Positions 25,401 to 37,400 of a stretch of DNA of 64,000 nucleotides are shown piece after piece. Within the stretch, counting starts at the first letter, position 1; each line of letters begins with the position of its first letter. This DNA comes from Octopus sinensis (taxonomy: Eukaryota), in NCBI RefSeq assembly GCF_006345805.1, contig NC_043023.1, positions 17,856,001 to 17,920,000 of the forward strand, read 5' to 3'. A model generated the notes under the pieces. The model ran no database searches and was not told the DNA's origin. It saw only the letters and a list, made by a program, of their open reading frames with translations. Made by a program: the position numbers and the translations under genes.

Positions 25401-28400
25401 TCTGCAGCTAAAATTATTGAAGGTTCGCCTTCAAATGTAGCTGTGTCTGCAGCTAAAATTATTGAAGGTTCGCCTTCAAATGTAGCTGTGTCTGCAGCTA
25501 AAATTATTGAAGGTTCGCCTTCAAATGTAGCTGTGTCTGCTGCTAAAATTATTGAAGGTTCGCCTTCAAATGTAGCTGTGTCTGCAGCTAAAATTATTGA
25601 AGGTTCGCCTTCAAATGTAGCTGTGTCTGCAGCTAAAATTATTGAAGGTTCGCCTTCAAGTGTAGCTGTGTCTGCTGCTAAAATTATTGAAGGTTCGCCT
25701 TCAAATGTAGCTGTGTCTGCAAATAAAATTATTGAAGTTTCGCCTTCAAATGTCGCTGTGTCTGCAGCTAAAATTATTGAAGGTTCGCCTTCAAATGTAG
25801 CTGTGTCTGCAGCTAAAATTATTGAAGGTTCGCCTTCAAATGTAGCTGTGTCTGCTGCTAAAATTATTGAAGGTTCGCCTTCAAATAGCTGTGTCTGCAG
25901 CTAAAATTATTGAAGGTTCGCCTTCAAGTGTAGCTGTGTCTGCTGCTAAAATTATTGAAGGTTCGCCTTCAAGTGTAGCTGTGTCTGCAGCTAAAATTAT
26001 TGAAGGTTCGCCTTCAAATGTAGCTGTGTCTGCAGCTAAAATTATTGAAGGTTCGCCTTCAAATGTAGCTGTGTCTGCAGCTAAAATTATTGAAGGTTCG
26101 CCTTCAAATGTAGTTGTGTCTGCAGCTAAAATTATTGAAGGTTCGCCTTCAAGTGTAGCTGTGTCTGCAGCTAAAATTATTGAAGGTTCGCCTTCAAATG
26201 TAGCTGTGTCTGCTGCTAAAATTATTGAAGGTTCGCCTTCAATGTAGCTGTGTCTGCTGCTAAAATTATTGAAGGTTCGCCTTCAAATGTAGCTGTGTCT
26301 GCAGCTAAAATTATTGAAGGTTCGCCTTCAATGTAGCTGTGTCTGCAGCTAAAATTATTGAAGGTTCGCCTTCAAATGTAGCTGTGTCTGCAGCTAAAAT
26401 TATTGAAGGTTCGCCTTCAAATGTAGCTGTGTCTGCTGCTAAAATTATTGAAGGTTCGCCTTCAAATGTAGCTGTGTCTGCAGCTAAAATTATTGAAGGT
26501 TCGCCTTCAAATGTAGCTGTGTCTGCAGCTAAATTATTGAAGGTTCGCTTCAAATGTAGCTGTGTCTGCAGCTAAAATTATTGAAGGTTCGCCTTCAAAT
26601 GTAGCTGTGTCTGCAGCTAAAATTATTGAAGGTTCGCCTTCAAATGTAGCTGTGTCTGCAGCTAAAATTATTGAAGGTTCGCCTTCAAATGTAGCGTGTC
26701 TGCTGCTAAAATTATTGAAGGTTCGCCTTCAAATGTAGCTGTGTCTGCTGCTAAAATTATTGAAGGTTCGCCTTCAAATGTAGCTGTGTCTGCTGCTAAA
26801 ATTATTGAAGGTTCGCCTTCAAATGTAGCTGTGTCTGCAGCTAAAATTATTGAAGGTTCGCCTTCAAATGTAGCTGTGTCTGCAGCTAAAATTATTGAAG
26901 GTTCACCTTCAAATGTAGCTGTGTCTGCAGCTAAAATTATTGAAGGTTCGCCTTCAAATGTAGCTGTGTCTGCTGCTAAAATTATTGAAGGTTCGCCTTC
27001 AAATGTAGCTGTGTCTGCTGCTAAAATTATTGAAGGTTCGCCTTCAAGTGTAGCTGTGTCTGCTGCTAAAATTATTGAAGGTTCGCCTTCAAGTGTAGCT
27101 GTGTCTGCTGCTAAAATTATTGAAGGTTCGCCTTCAAATGTAGCTGTGTCTGCTGCTAAAATTATTGAAGGTTCGCCTTCAAATGTAGCTGTGTCTGCAG
27201 CTAAAATTATTGAAGGTTCGCCTTCAAATGTAGCTGTGTCTGCAGCTAAAATTATTGAAGGTTCGCCTTCAAGTGTAGCTGTGTCTGCAGCTAAAATTAT
27301 TGAAGGTTCGCCTTCAAATGTAGCTGTGTCTGCAGCTAAAATTATTGAAGGTTCGCCTTCAAATGTAGCTGTGTCTGCTGCTAAAATTATTGAAGGTTCG
27401 CCTTCAAATGTAGCTGTGTCTGCTGCTAAAATTATTGAAGGTTCGCCTTCAAATGTAGCTGTGTCTGCTGCTAAAATTATTGAAGGTTCGCCTTCAAATG
27501 TAGCTGTGTCTGCTGCTAAAATTATTGAAGGTTCGCCTTCAAATGTAGCTGTGTCTGCTGCTAAAATTATTGAAGGTTCGCCTTCAAGTGTAGCTGTGTC
27601 TGCTGCTAAATTATTGAAGGTTCGCCTTCAAGTAGCTGTGTCTGCAGCTAAAATTATTGAAGGTTCGCCTTCAAATGTAGCTGTGTCTGCTGCTAAAATT
27701 ATTGAAGGTTCGCCTTCAAATGTAGCTGTGTCTGCTGCTAAAATTATTGAAGGTTCGCCTTCAAATGTAGCTGTGTCTGCAGCTAAAATTATTGAAGGTT
27801 CGCCTTCAAGTGTAGCTGTGTCTGCTGCTAAATTATTGAAGGTTCGCCTTCAAATGTAGCTGTGTCTGCAGCTAAAATTATTGAAGGTTCGCCTTCAAAT
27901 GTAGCTGTGTCTGCAGCTAAAATTATTGAAGGTTCGCCTTCAAATGTAGCTGTGTCTGCAGCTAAAATTATTGAAGGTTCGCCTTCAAATGTAGCTGTGT
28001 CTGCAGCTAAAATAATTGAAGGTTCGCCTTCAAGTGTAGCTGTGTCTGCAGCTAAAATTATTGAAGGTTCGCCTTCAAATGTAGCTGTGTCTGCAGCTAA
28101 AATTATTGAAGGTTCGCCTTCAAGTGTAGCTGTGTCTGCAGCTAAAATTATTGAAGGTTCGCCTTCAAATGTAGCTGTGTCTGCTGCTAAAATTATTGAA
28201 GGTTCGCCTTCAAATGTAGCTGTGTCTGCTGCTAAAATTATTGAAGGTTCGCCTTCAAATGTAGCTGTGTCTGCAGCTAAAATTATTGAAGGTTCGCCTT
28301 CAAGTGTAGCTGTGTCTGCTGCTAAAATTATTGAAGGTTCGCCTTCAAATGTAGCTGTGTCTGCAGCTAAATTATTGAAGGTTCGCCTTCAAATGTAGCT

Positions 28401-31400
28401 GTGTCTGCAGCTAAAATTATTGAAGGTTCGCCTTCAAATGTAGCTGTGTCTGCAGCTAAAATTATTGAAGGTTCGCCTTCAAATGTAGCTGTGTCTGCAG
28501 CTAAAATTATTGAAGGTTCGCCTTCAAGTGTAGCTGTGTCTGCAGCTAAAATTATTGAAGGTTCGCCTTCAAATGTAGCTGTGTCTGCAGCTAAAATTAT
28601 TGAAGGTTCGCCTTCATATGTAGCTGTGTCTGCAGCTAAAATTATTGAAGGTTCGTTTTCAAATGTAGCTGTGTCTGCTGCTAAAATTATTGAAGGTTCG
28701 CCTTCAAGTGTAGCTGTGTCTGCAGCTAAAATTATTGAAGGTTCGCCTTCAAATGTAGCTGTGTCTGCAGCTAAAATTATTGAAGGTTCGCCTTCAAATG
28801 TAGCTGTGTCTGCTGCTAAAATTATTGAAGGTTCGCCTTCAAATGTAGCTGTGTCTGCAGCTAAAATTATTGAAGGTTCGCCTTCAAATGTAGCTGTGTC
28901 TGCAGCTAAAATTATTGAAGGTTCGCCTTCAAATGTAGCTGTGTCTGCAGCTAAAATTATTGAAGGTTCGCCTTCAAATGTAGCTGTGTCTGCAGCTAAA
29001 ATTATTGAAGGTTCGCCTTCAAATGTAGTGTGTCTGCAGCTAAAATTATTGAAGGTTCGCCTTCAAATGTAGCTGTGTCTGCTGCTAAAATTGAAGGTTC
29101 GCCTTCAAATGTAGCTGTGTCTGCTGCTAAAATTATTGAAGGTTCGCCTTCAAATGTAGCTGTGTCTGCAGCTAAATTATTGAAGGTTCGCCTTCAAATG
29201 TAGCTGTGTCTGCAGCTAAAATTATTGAAGGTTCGCCTTCAATGTAGCTGTGTCTGCAGCTAAAATTATTGAAGGTTCGCCTTCAAATGTAGCTGTGTCT
29301 GCAGCTAAAATTATTGAAGGTTCGCCTTCAAATGTAGCTGTGTCTGCTGCTAAAATTATTGAAGGTTCGCCTTCAAATGTAGCTGTGTCTGCTGCTAAAA
29401 TTATTGAAGGTTCGCCTTCAAATGTAGCTGTGTCTGCTGCTAAAATAATTGAAGGTTCGCCTTCAAGTGTAGCTGTGTCTGCTGCTAAAATTATTGAAGG
29501 TTCGCCTTCAAATGTAGCTGTGTCTGCTGCTAAAATTATTGAAGGTTCGCCTTCAAATGTAGCTGTGTCTGCAGCTAAAATTATTGAAGGTTCGCCTTCA
29601 AATGTAGCTGTGTCTGCATAAAATTATTGAAGGTTCGCCTTCAAATGTAGCTGTGTCTGCAGCTAAAATTATTGAAGGTTCGCCTTCAAATGTAGCTGTG
29701 TCTGCAGCTAAAATTATTGAAGGTTCGCCTTCAAATGTAGCTGTGTCTGCAGCTAAAATTATTGAAGGTTCGCCTTCAAATGTAGCTGTGTCTGCTGCTA
29801 AAATTATTGAAGGTTCGCCTTCAAATGTAGCTGTGTCTGCTGCTAAAATTATTGAAGGTTCGCCTTCAAGTGTAGCTGTGTCTGCTGCTAAAATTATTGA
29901 AGGTTCGCCTTCAAATGTAGCTGTGTCTGCTGCTAAAATTATTGAAGGTTCGCCTTCAAGTGTAGCTGTGTCTGCTGCTAAAATTATTGAAGGTTCGCCT
30001 TCAAATGTAGCTGTGTCTGCAGCTAAAATTATTGAAGGTTCGCCTTCAAATGTAGCTGTGTCTGCTGCTAAAATTATTGAAGGTTCGCCTTCAAATGTAG
30101 CTGTGTCTGCTGCTAAAATTATTGAAGGTTCGCCTTCAAATGTAGCTGTGTCTGCAGCTAAAATTATTGAAGGTTCGCCTTCAAATGTAGCTGTGTCTGC
30201 AGCTAAAATTATTGAAGGTTCGCCTTCAAATGTAGCTGTGTCTGCTGCTAAAATTATTGAAGGTTCGCCTTCAAATGTAGCTGTGTCTGCAGCTAAAATT
30301 ATTGAAGGTTCGCCTTCAAATGTAGCTGTGTCTGCTGCTAAAATTATTGAAGGTTCGCCTTCAAATGTAGCTGTGTCTGCAGCTAAAATTATTGAAGGTT
30401 CGCCTTCAAATGTAGCTGTGTCTGCAGCTAAAATTATTGAAGGTTCGCCTTCAAATGTAGCTGTGTCTGCTGCTAAAATTATTGAAGGTTCGCCTTCAAA
30501 TGTAGCTGTGTCTGCTGCTAAAATTATTGAAGGTTCGCCTTCAAATGTAGCTGTGTCTGCTGCTAAAATTATTGAAGGTTCGCCTTCAAATGTAGCTGTG
30601 TCTGCTGCTAAAATTATTGAAGGTTCGCCTTCAAATGTAGCTGTGTCTGCTGCTAAAATTATTGAAGGTTCGCCTTCAAATGTAGCTGTGTCTGCTGCTA
30701 AAATTATTGAAGGTTCGCCTTCAAATGTAGCTGTGTCTGCTGCTAAAATTATTGAAGGTTCGCCTTCAAATGTAGCTGTGTCTGCAGCTAAAATTATTGA
30801 AGGTTCGCCTTAAATGTAGCTGTGTCTGCTGCTAAAATTATTGAAGGTTCGCCTTCAAATGTAGCTGTGTCTGCAGCTAAAATTATTGAAGGTTCGCCTT
30901 CAAATGTAGCTGTGTCTGCTGCTAAAATTATTGAAGGTTCGCCTTCAAATGTAGCTGTGTCTGCTGCTAAAATTATTGAAGGTTCGCCTTCAAATGTAGC
31001 TGTGTCTGCAGCTAAAATTATTGAAGGTTCGCCTTCAAATGTTTGTGTCTGCAGCTAAAATTATTGAAGGTTCGCCTTCAATGTAGCTGTGTCTGCAGCT
31101 AAAATTATTGAAGGTTCGCCTTCAAATGTAGCTGTGTCTGCAGCTAAAATTATTGAAGGTTCGCCTTCAAATGTAGCTGTGTCTGCTGCTAAAATTATTG
31201 AAGGTTCGCCTTCAAATGTAGCTGTGTCTGCTGCTAAAATTATTGAAGGTTCGCCTTCAAATGTAGCTGTGTCTGCTGCTAAAATTATTGAAGGTTCGCC
31301 TTCAAATGTAGCTGTGTCTGCAGCTAAAATTATTGAAGGTTCGCCTTCAAGTGTAGCTGTGTCTGCTGCTAAAATTATTGAAGGTTCGCCTTCAAGTGTA

Positions 31401-34400
31401 GCTGTGTCTGCAGCTAAAATTATTGAAGGTTCGCCTTCAAATGTAGCTGTGTCTGCAGCTAAAATTATTGAAGGTTCGCCTTCAAATGTAGCTGTGTCTG
31501 CAGCTAAAATTATTGAAGGTTCGCCTTCAAATGTAGCTGTGTCTGCAGCTAAAATTATTGAAGGTTCGCCTTCAAATGTAGCTGTGTCTGCAGCTAAAAT
31601 TATTGAAGGTTCGCCTTCAAATGTAGCTGTGTCTGCAGCTAAAATTATTGAAGGTTCGCCTTCAAGTGTAGCTGTGTCTGCTGCTAAAATTATTGAAGGT
31701 TCGCCTTCAAATGTAGCTGTGTCTGCAGCTAAAATTATTGAAGGTTCGCCTTCAAATGTAGCTGTGTCTGCAGCTAAAATTATTGAAGGTTCGCCTTCAA
31801 ATGTAGCTGTGTCTGCAGCTAAAATTATTGAAGGTTCGCCTTCAAATGTAGCTGTGTCTGCTGCTAAAATTATTGAAGGTTCGCCTTCAAATGTAGCTGT
31901 GTCTGCAGCTAAAATTATTGAAGGTTCGCCTTCAAATGTAGCTGTGTCTGCAGCTAAAATTATTGAAGGTTCGCCTTCAAATGTAGCTGTGTCTGCAGCT
32001 AAATTATTGAAGGTTCGCCTTCAAATGTAGCTGTGTCTGCAGCTAAAATTATTGAAGGTTCGCCTTCAAATGTAGCTGTGTCTGCAGCTAAAATTATTGA
32101 AGGTTCGCCTTCAAATGTAGCTGTGTCTGCTGCTAAAATTATTGAAGGTTCGCCTTCAAATGTAGCTGTGTCTGCTGCTAAAATTATTGAAAATTTCGCC
32201 TTCAAATGTAGCTGTGTCTGCAGCTAAAATTATTGAAGGTTCGCCTTCAAATGTAGCTGTGTCTGCAGCTAAAATTATTGAAGGTTCGCCTTCAAGTGTA
32301 GCTGTGTCTGCAGCTAAAATTATTGAAGGTTCACCTTCAAATGTAGCTGTGTCTGCAGCTAAAATTATTGAAGGTTCGCCTTCAAATGTAGCTGTGTCTG
32401 CTGCTAAAATTATTGAAGGTTCGCCTTCAAATGTAGCTGTGTCTGCTGCTAAAATTATTGAAGGTTCGCCTTCAAGTGTAGCTGTGTCTGCTGCTAAAAT
32501 TATTGAAGGTTCGCCTTCAATGTAGCTGTGTCTGCTGCTAAAATTATTGAAGGTTCGCCTTCAAATGTAGCTGTGTCTGCTGCTAAAATTATTGAAGGTT
32601 CGCCTTCAAATGTAGCTGTGTCTGCAGCTAAAATTATTGAAGGTTCGCCTTCAAATGTAGCTGTGTCTGCAGCTAAAATTATTGAAGGTTCGCCTTCAAA
32701 TGTAGCTGTGTCTGCAGCTAAAATTATTGAAGGTTCGCCTTCAAATGTAGCTGTGTCTGCAGCTAAAATTATTGAAGGTTCGCCTTCAAATGTAGCTGTG
32801 TCTGCAGCTAAAATTATTGAAGGTTCGCCTTCAAATGTAGCTGTGTCTGCTGCTAAAATTATTGAAGGTTCGCCTTCAAATGTAGCTGTGTCTGCTGCTA
32901 AAATTATTGAAGGTTCGCCTTCAAATGTAGCTGTGTCTGCTGCTAAAATTATTGAAGGTTCGCCTTCAAATGTAGCTGTGTCTGCTGCTAAAATTATTGA
33001 AGGTTCGCCTTCAATGTAGCTGTGTCTGCTGCTAAAATTATTGAAGGTTCGCCTTCAAATGTAGCTGTGTCTGCAGCTAAAATTATTGAAGGTTCGCCTT
33101 CATGTAGCTGTGTCTGCTGTGTCTGCTGCTAAAATTATTGAAGGTTCGCCTTCAAATGTAGCTGTGTCTGCTGCTAAAATTATTGAAGGTTCGCCTTCAA
33201 ATGTAGCTGTGTCTGCAGCTAAAATTATTGAAGGTTCGCCTTCAAATGTAGCTGTGTCTGCAGCTAAAATTATTGAAGTTTCGCCTTCAAATGTAGCTGT
33301 GTCTGCTGCTAAAATTATTGAAGGTTCGCCTTCAAATGTAGCTGAGTCTGCAGCTAAAATTATTGAAGGTTCGCCTTCAAATGTAGCTGTGTCTGCTGCT
33401 AAAATTATTGAAGGTTCGCCTTCAAATGTAGCTGTGTCTGCAGCTAAAATTATCGAAGGTTCGCCTTCAAATGTAGCTGTGTCTGCAGCTAAAATTATTG
33501 AAGGTTCGCCTTCAAATGTAGCTGTGTCTGCTGCTAAAATTATTGAAGGTTCGCCTTCAAATGTAGCTGGGTCTGCTGCTAAACTTATTGAAGGTTCGCC
33601 TTCAAATGTAGCTGTGTCTGCTGCTAAAATTATTGAAGGTTCGCCTTCAAATGTAGCTGTGTCTGCTGCTAAAATTATTGAAGGTTCGCCTTCAAATGTA
33701 GCTGTGTCTGCTGCTAAAATTATTGAAGGTTCGCCTTCAAATGTAGCTGTGTCTGCTGCTAAATTATTGAAGGTTCGCCTTCAATGTAGCTGTGTCTGCT
33801 GCTAAAATTATTGAAGGTTCGCCTTCAAATGTAGCTGTGTCTGCAGCTAAAATTATTGAAGGTTCGCCTTCAATGTAGCTGTGTCTGCTGCTAAAATTAT
33901 TGAAGGTTCGCCTTCAAATGTAGCTGTGTCTGCAGCTAAAATTATTGAAGGTTCGCCTTCAAATGTAGCTGTGTCTGCTGCTAAAATTATTGAAGGTTCG
34001 CCTTCAAATGTAGCTGTGTCTGCTGCTAAAATTATTGAAGGTTCGCCTTCAAATGTAGCTGTGTCTGCTGCTAAAATTATTGAAGGTTCGCCTTCAAATG
34101 TAGCTGTGTCTGCTGCTAAAATTATTGAAGGTTCGCCTTCAATGTAGCTGTGTCTGCAGCTAAAATTATTGAAGGTTCGCCTTCAAATGTAGCTGTGTCT
34201 GCTGCTAAAATTATTGAAGGTTCGCCTTCAAATGTAGCTGTGTCTGCTGCTAAATTATTGAAGGTTCGCCTTCAAATGTAGCTGTGTCTGCAGCTAAAAT
34301 TATTGAAGGTTCGCCTTCAAATGTAGCTGTGTCTGCAGCTAAAATTATTGAAGGTTCGCCTTCAAATGTAGCTGTGTCTGCTGCTAAAATTATTGAAGGT

Positions 34401-37400
34401 TCGCCTTCAAATGTAGCTGTGTCTGCAGCTAAAATTATTGAAGGTTCGCCTTCAAATGTAGCTGTGTCTGCTGCTAAAATTATTGAAGGTTCGCCTTCAA
34501 ATGTAGCTGTGTCTCTGCAGCTAAAATTATTGAAGGTTCGCCTTCAAATGTAGCTGTGTCTGCAGCTAAAATTATTGAAGGTTCGCCTTCAAATGTAGCT
34601 GTGTCTGCTGCTAAAATTATTGAAGGTTCGCCTTCAAATGTAGCTGTGTCTGCTGCTAAAATTATTGAAGGTTCGCCTTCAAATGTAGCTGTGTCTGCTG
34701 CTAAAATTATTGAAGGTTCGCCTTCAAATGTAGCTGTGTCTGCTGCTAAAATTATTGAAGGTTCGCCTTCAAATGTAGCTGTGTCTGCTGCTAAAATTAT
34801 TGAAGGTTCGCCTTCAAATGTAGCTGTGTCTGCTGCTAAAATTATTGAAGGTTCGCCTTCAAATGTAGCTGTGTCTGCAGCTAAAATTATTGAAGGTTCG
34901 CCTTCAAATGTAGCTGTGTCTGCTGCTAAAATTATTGAAGGTTCGCCTTCAAATGTAGCTGTGTCTGCTGCTAAATTTATTGAAGGTTCGCCTTCAAATG
35001 TAGCTGTGTCTGCTGCTAAAATTGAAGGTTCGCCTTCAAATGTAGCTGTGTCTGCTGCTAAAATTATTGAAGGTTCGCCTTCAAATGTAGCTGTGTCTGC
35101 TGCTAAATTATTGAAGGTTCGCCTTCAAATGTAGCTGTGTCTGCTGCTAAAATTATTGAAGGTTCGCCTTCAAATGTAGCTGTGTCTGCTGCTAAAATTA
35201 TTGAAGGTTCGCCTTCAAATGTAGCTGTGTCTGCTGCTAAAATTATTGAAGGTTCGCCTTCAAATGTAGCTGTGTCTGCTGCTAAAATTATTGAAGGTTC
35301 GCCTTCAAATGTAGCTGTGTCTGCTGCTAAAATTATTGAAGGTTCGCCTTCAAATGTAGCTGTGTCTGCAGCTAAAATTATTGAAGGTTCGCCTTCAAAT
35401 GTAGCTGTGTCTGCTGCTAAAATTATTGAAGGTTCGCCTTCAAATGTAGCTGTGTCTGCTGCTAAAATTATTGAAGGTTCGCCTTCAAATGTAGCTGTGT
35501 CTGCTGCTAAAATTATTGAAGGTTCGCCTTCAAATGTAGCTGTGTCTGCTGCTAAAATTATTGAAGGTTCGCCTTCAAATGTAGCTGTGTCTGCTGCTAA
35601 AATTATTGAAGGTTCGCCTTCAAATGTAGCTGTGTCTGCAGCTAAAATTATTGAAGGTTCGCCTTCAAATGTAGCTGTGTCTGCTGCTAAAATTATTGAA
35701 GGTTCGCCTTCAAATGTAGCTGTGTCTGCTGCTAAAATTATTGAAGGTTCGCCTTCAAATGTAGCTGTGTCTGCAGCTAAAATTATTGAAGGTTCGCCTT
35801 CAAATGTAGCTGTGTCTGCTGCTAAAATTATTGAAGGTTCGCCTTCAAATGTAGCTGTGTCTGCAGCTAAAATTATTGAAGGTTCGCCTTCAAATGTAGC
35901 TGTGTCTGCTGCTAAAATTATTGAAGGTTCGCCTTCAAATGTAGCTGTGTCTGCTGCTAAAATTATTGAAGGTTCGCCTTCAAATGTAGCTGTGTCTGCT
36001 GCTAAAATTATTGAAGGTTCGCCTTCAAATGTAGCTGTGTCTGCTGCTAAAATTATTGAAGGTTCGCCTTCAATGTAGCTGTGTCTGCAGCTAAAATTAT
36101 TGAAGGTTCGCCTTCAAATGTAGCTGTGTCTGCAGCTAAAATTATTGAAGGTTCGCCTTCAAATGTAGCTGTGTCTGCTGCTAAAATTATTGAAGGTTCG
36201 CCTTCAAATGTAGCTGTGTCTGCTGCTAAAATTATTGAAGGTTCGCCTTCAAATGTAGCTGTGTCTGCAGCTAAAATTATTGAAGGTTCGCCTTCAAATG
36301 TAGCTGTGTCTGCTGCTAAAATTATTGAAGGTTCGCCTTCAAATGTAGCTGTGTCTGCAGCTAAAATTATTGAAGGTTCGCCTTCAAATGTAGCTGTGTC
36401 TGCTGCTAAAATTATTGAAGGTTCGCCTTCAAATGTAGCTGTGTCTGCAGCTAAAATTATTGAAGGTTCGCCTTCAAATGTAGCTGTGTCTGCAGCTAAA
36501 ATTATTGAAGGTTCGCCTTCAAATGTAGCTGTGTCTGCAGCTAAAATTATTGAAGGTTCGCCTTCAAATGTAGCTGTGTCTGCAGCTAAAATTATTGAAG
36601 GTTCGCCTTCAAATGTAGCTGTGTCTGCAGCTAAAATTATTGAAGGTTCGCCTTCAAATGTAGCTGTGTCTGCAGCTAAAATTATTGAAGGTTCGCCTTC
36701 AAATGTAGCTGTGTCTGCTGCTAAATTATTGAAGGTTCGCCTTCAAATGTAGCTGTGTCTGCAGCTAAAATTATTGAAGGTTCGCCTTCAAATGTAGCTG
36801 TGTCTGCTGCTAAAATTATTGAAGGTTCGCCTTCAAATGTAGCTGTGTCTGCAGCTAAAATTATTGAAGGTTCGCCTTCAAATGTAGCTGTGTCTGCTGC
36901 TAAAATTATTGAAGGTTCGCCTTCAATGTAGCTGTGTCTGCTGCTAAAATTATTGAAGGTTCGCCTTCAAATGTAGCTGTGTCTGCTGCTAAATTATTGA
37001 AGGTTCGCCTTCAAATGTAGCTGTGTCTGCTGCTAAAATTATTGAAAGTTCGCCTTCAAATGTAGCTGTGTCTGCAGCTAAAATTATTGAAGGTTCGCCT
37101 TCAAATGTAGCTGTGTCTGCTGCTAAATTATTGAAGGTTCGCCTTCAAATGTAGCTGTGTCTGCTGCTAAAATTATTGAAGGTTCGCCTTCAAATGTAGC
37201 TGTGTCTGCAGCTAAAATTATTGAAGGTTCGCCTTCAAATGTAGCTGTGTCTGCAGCTAAAATTATTGAAGGTTCGCCTTCAAATGTAGCTGTGTCTGCT
37301 GCTAAAATTATTGAAGGTTCGCCTTCAAATGTAGCTGTGTCTGCAGCTAAAATTATTGAAGGTTCGCCTTCAAATGTAGCTGTGTCTGCTGCTAAAATTA

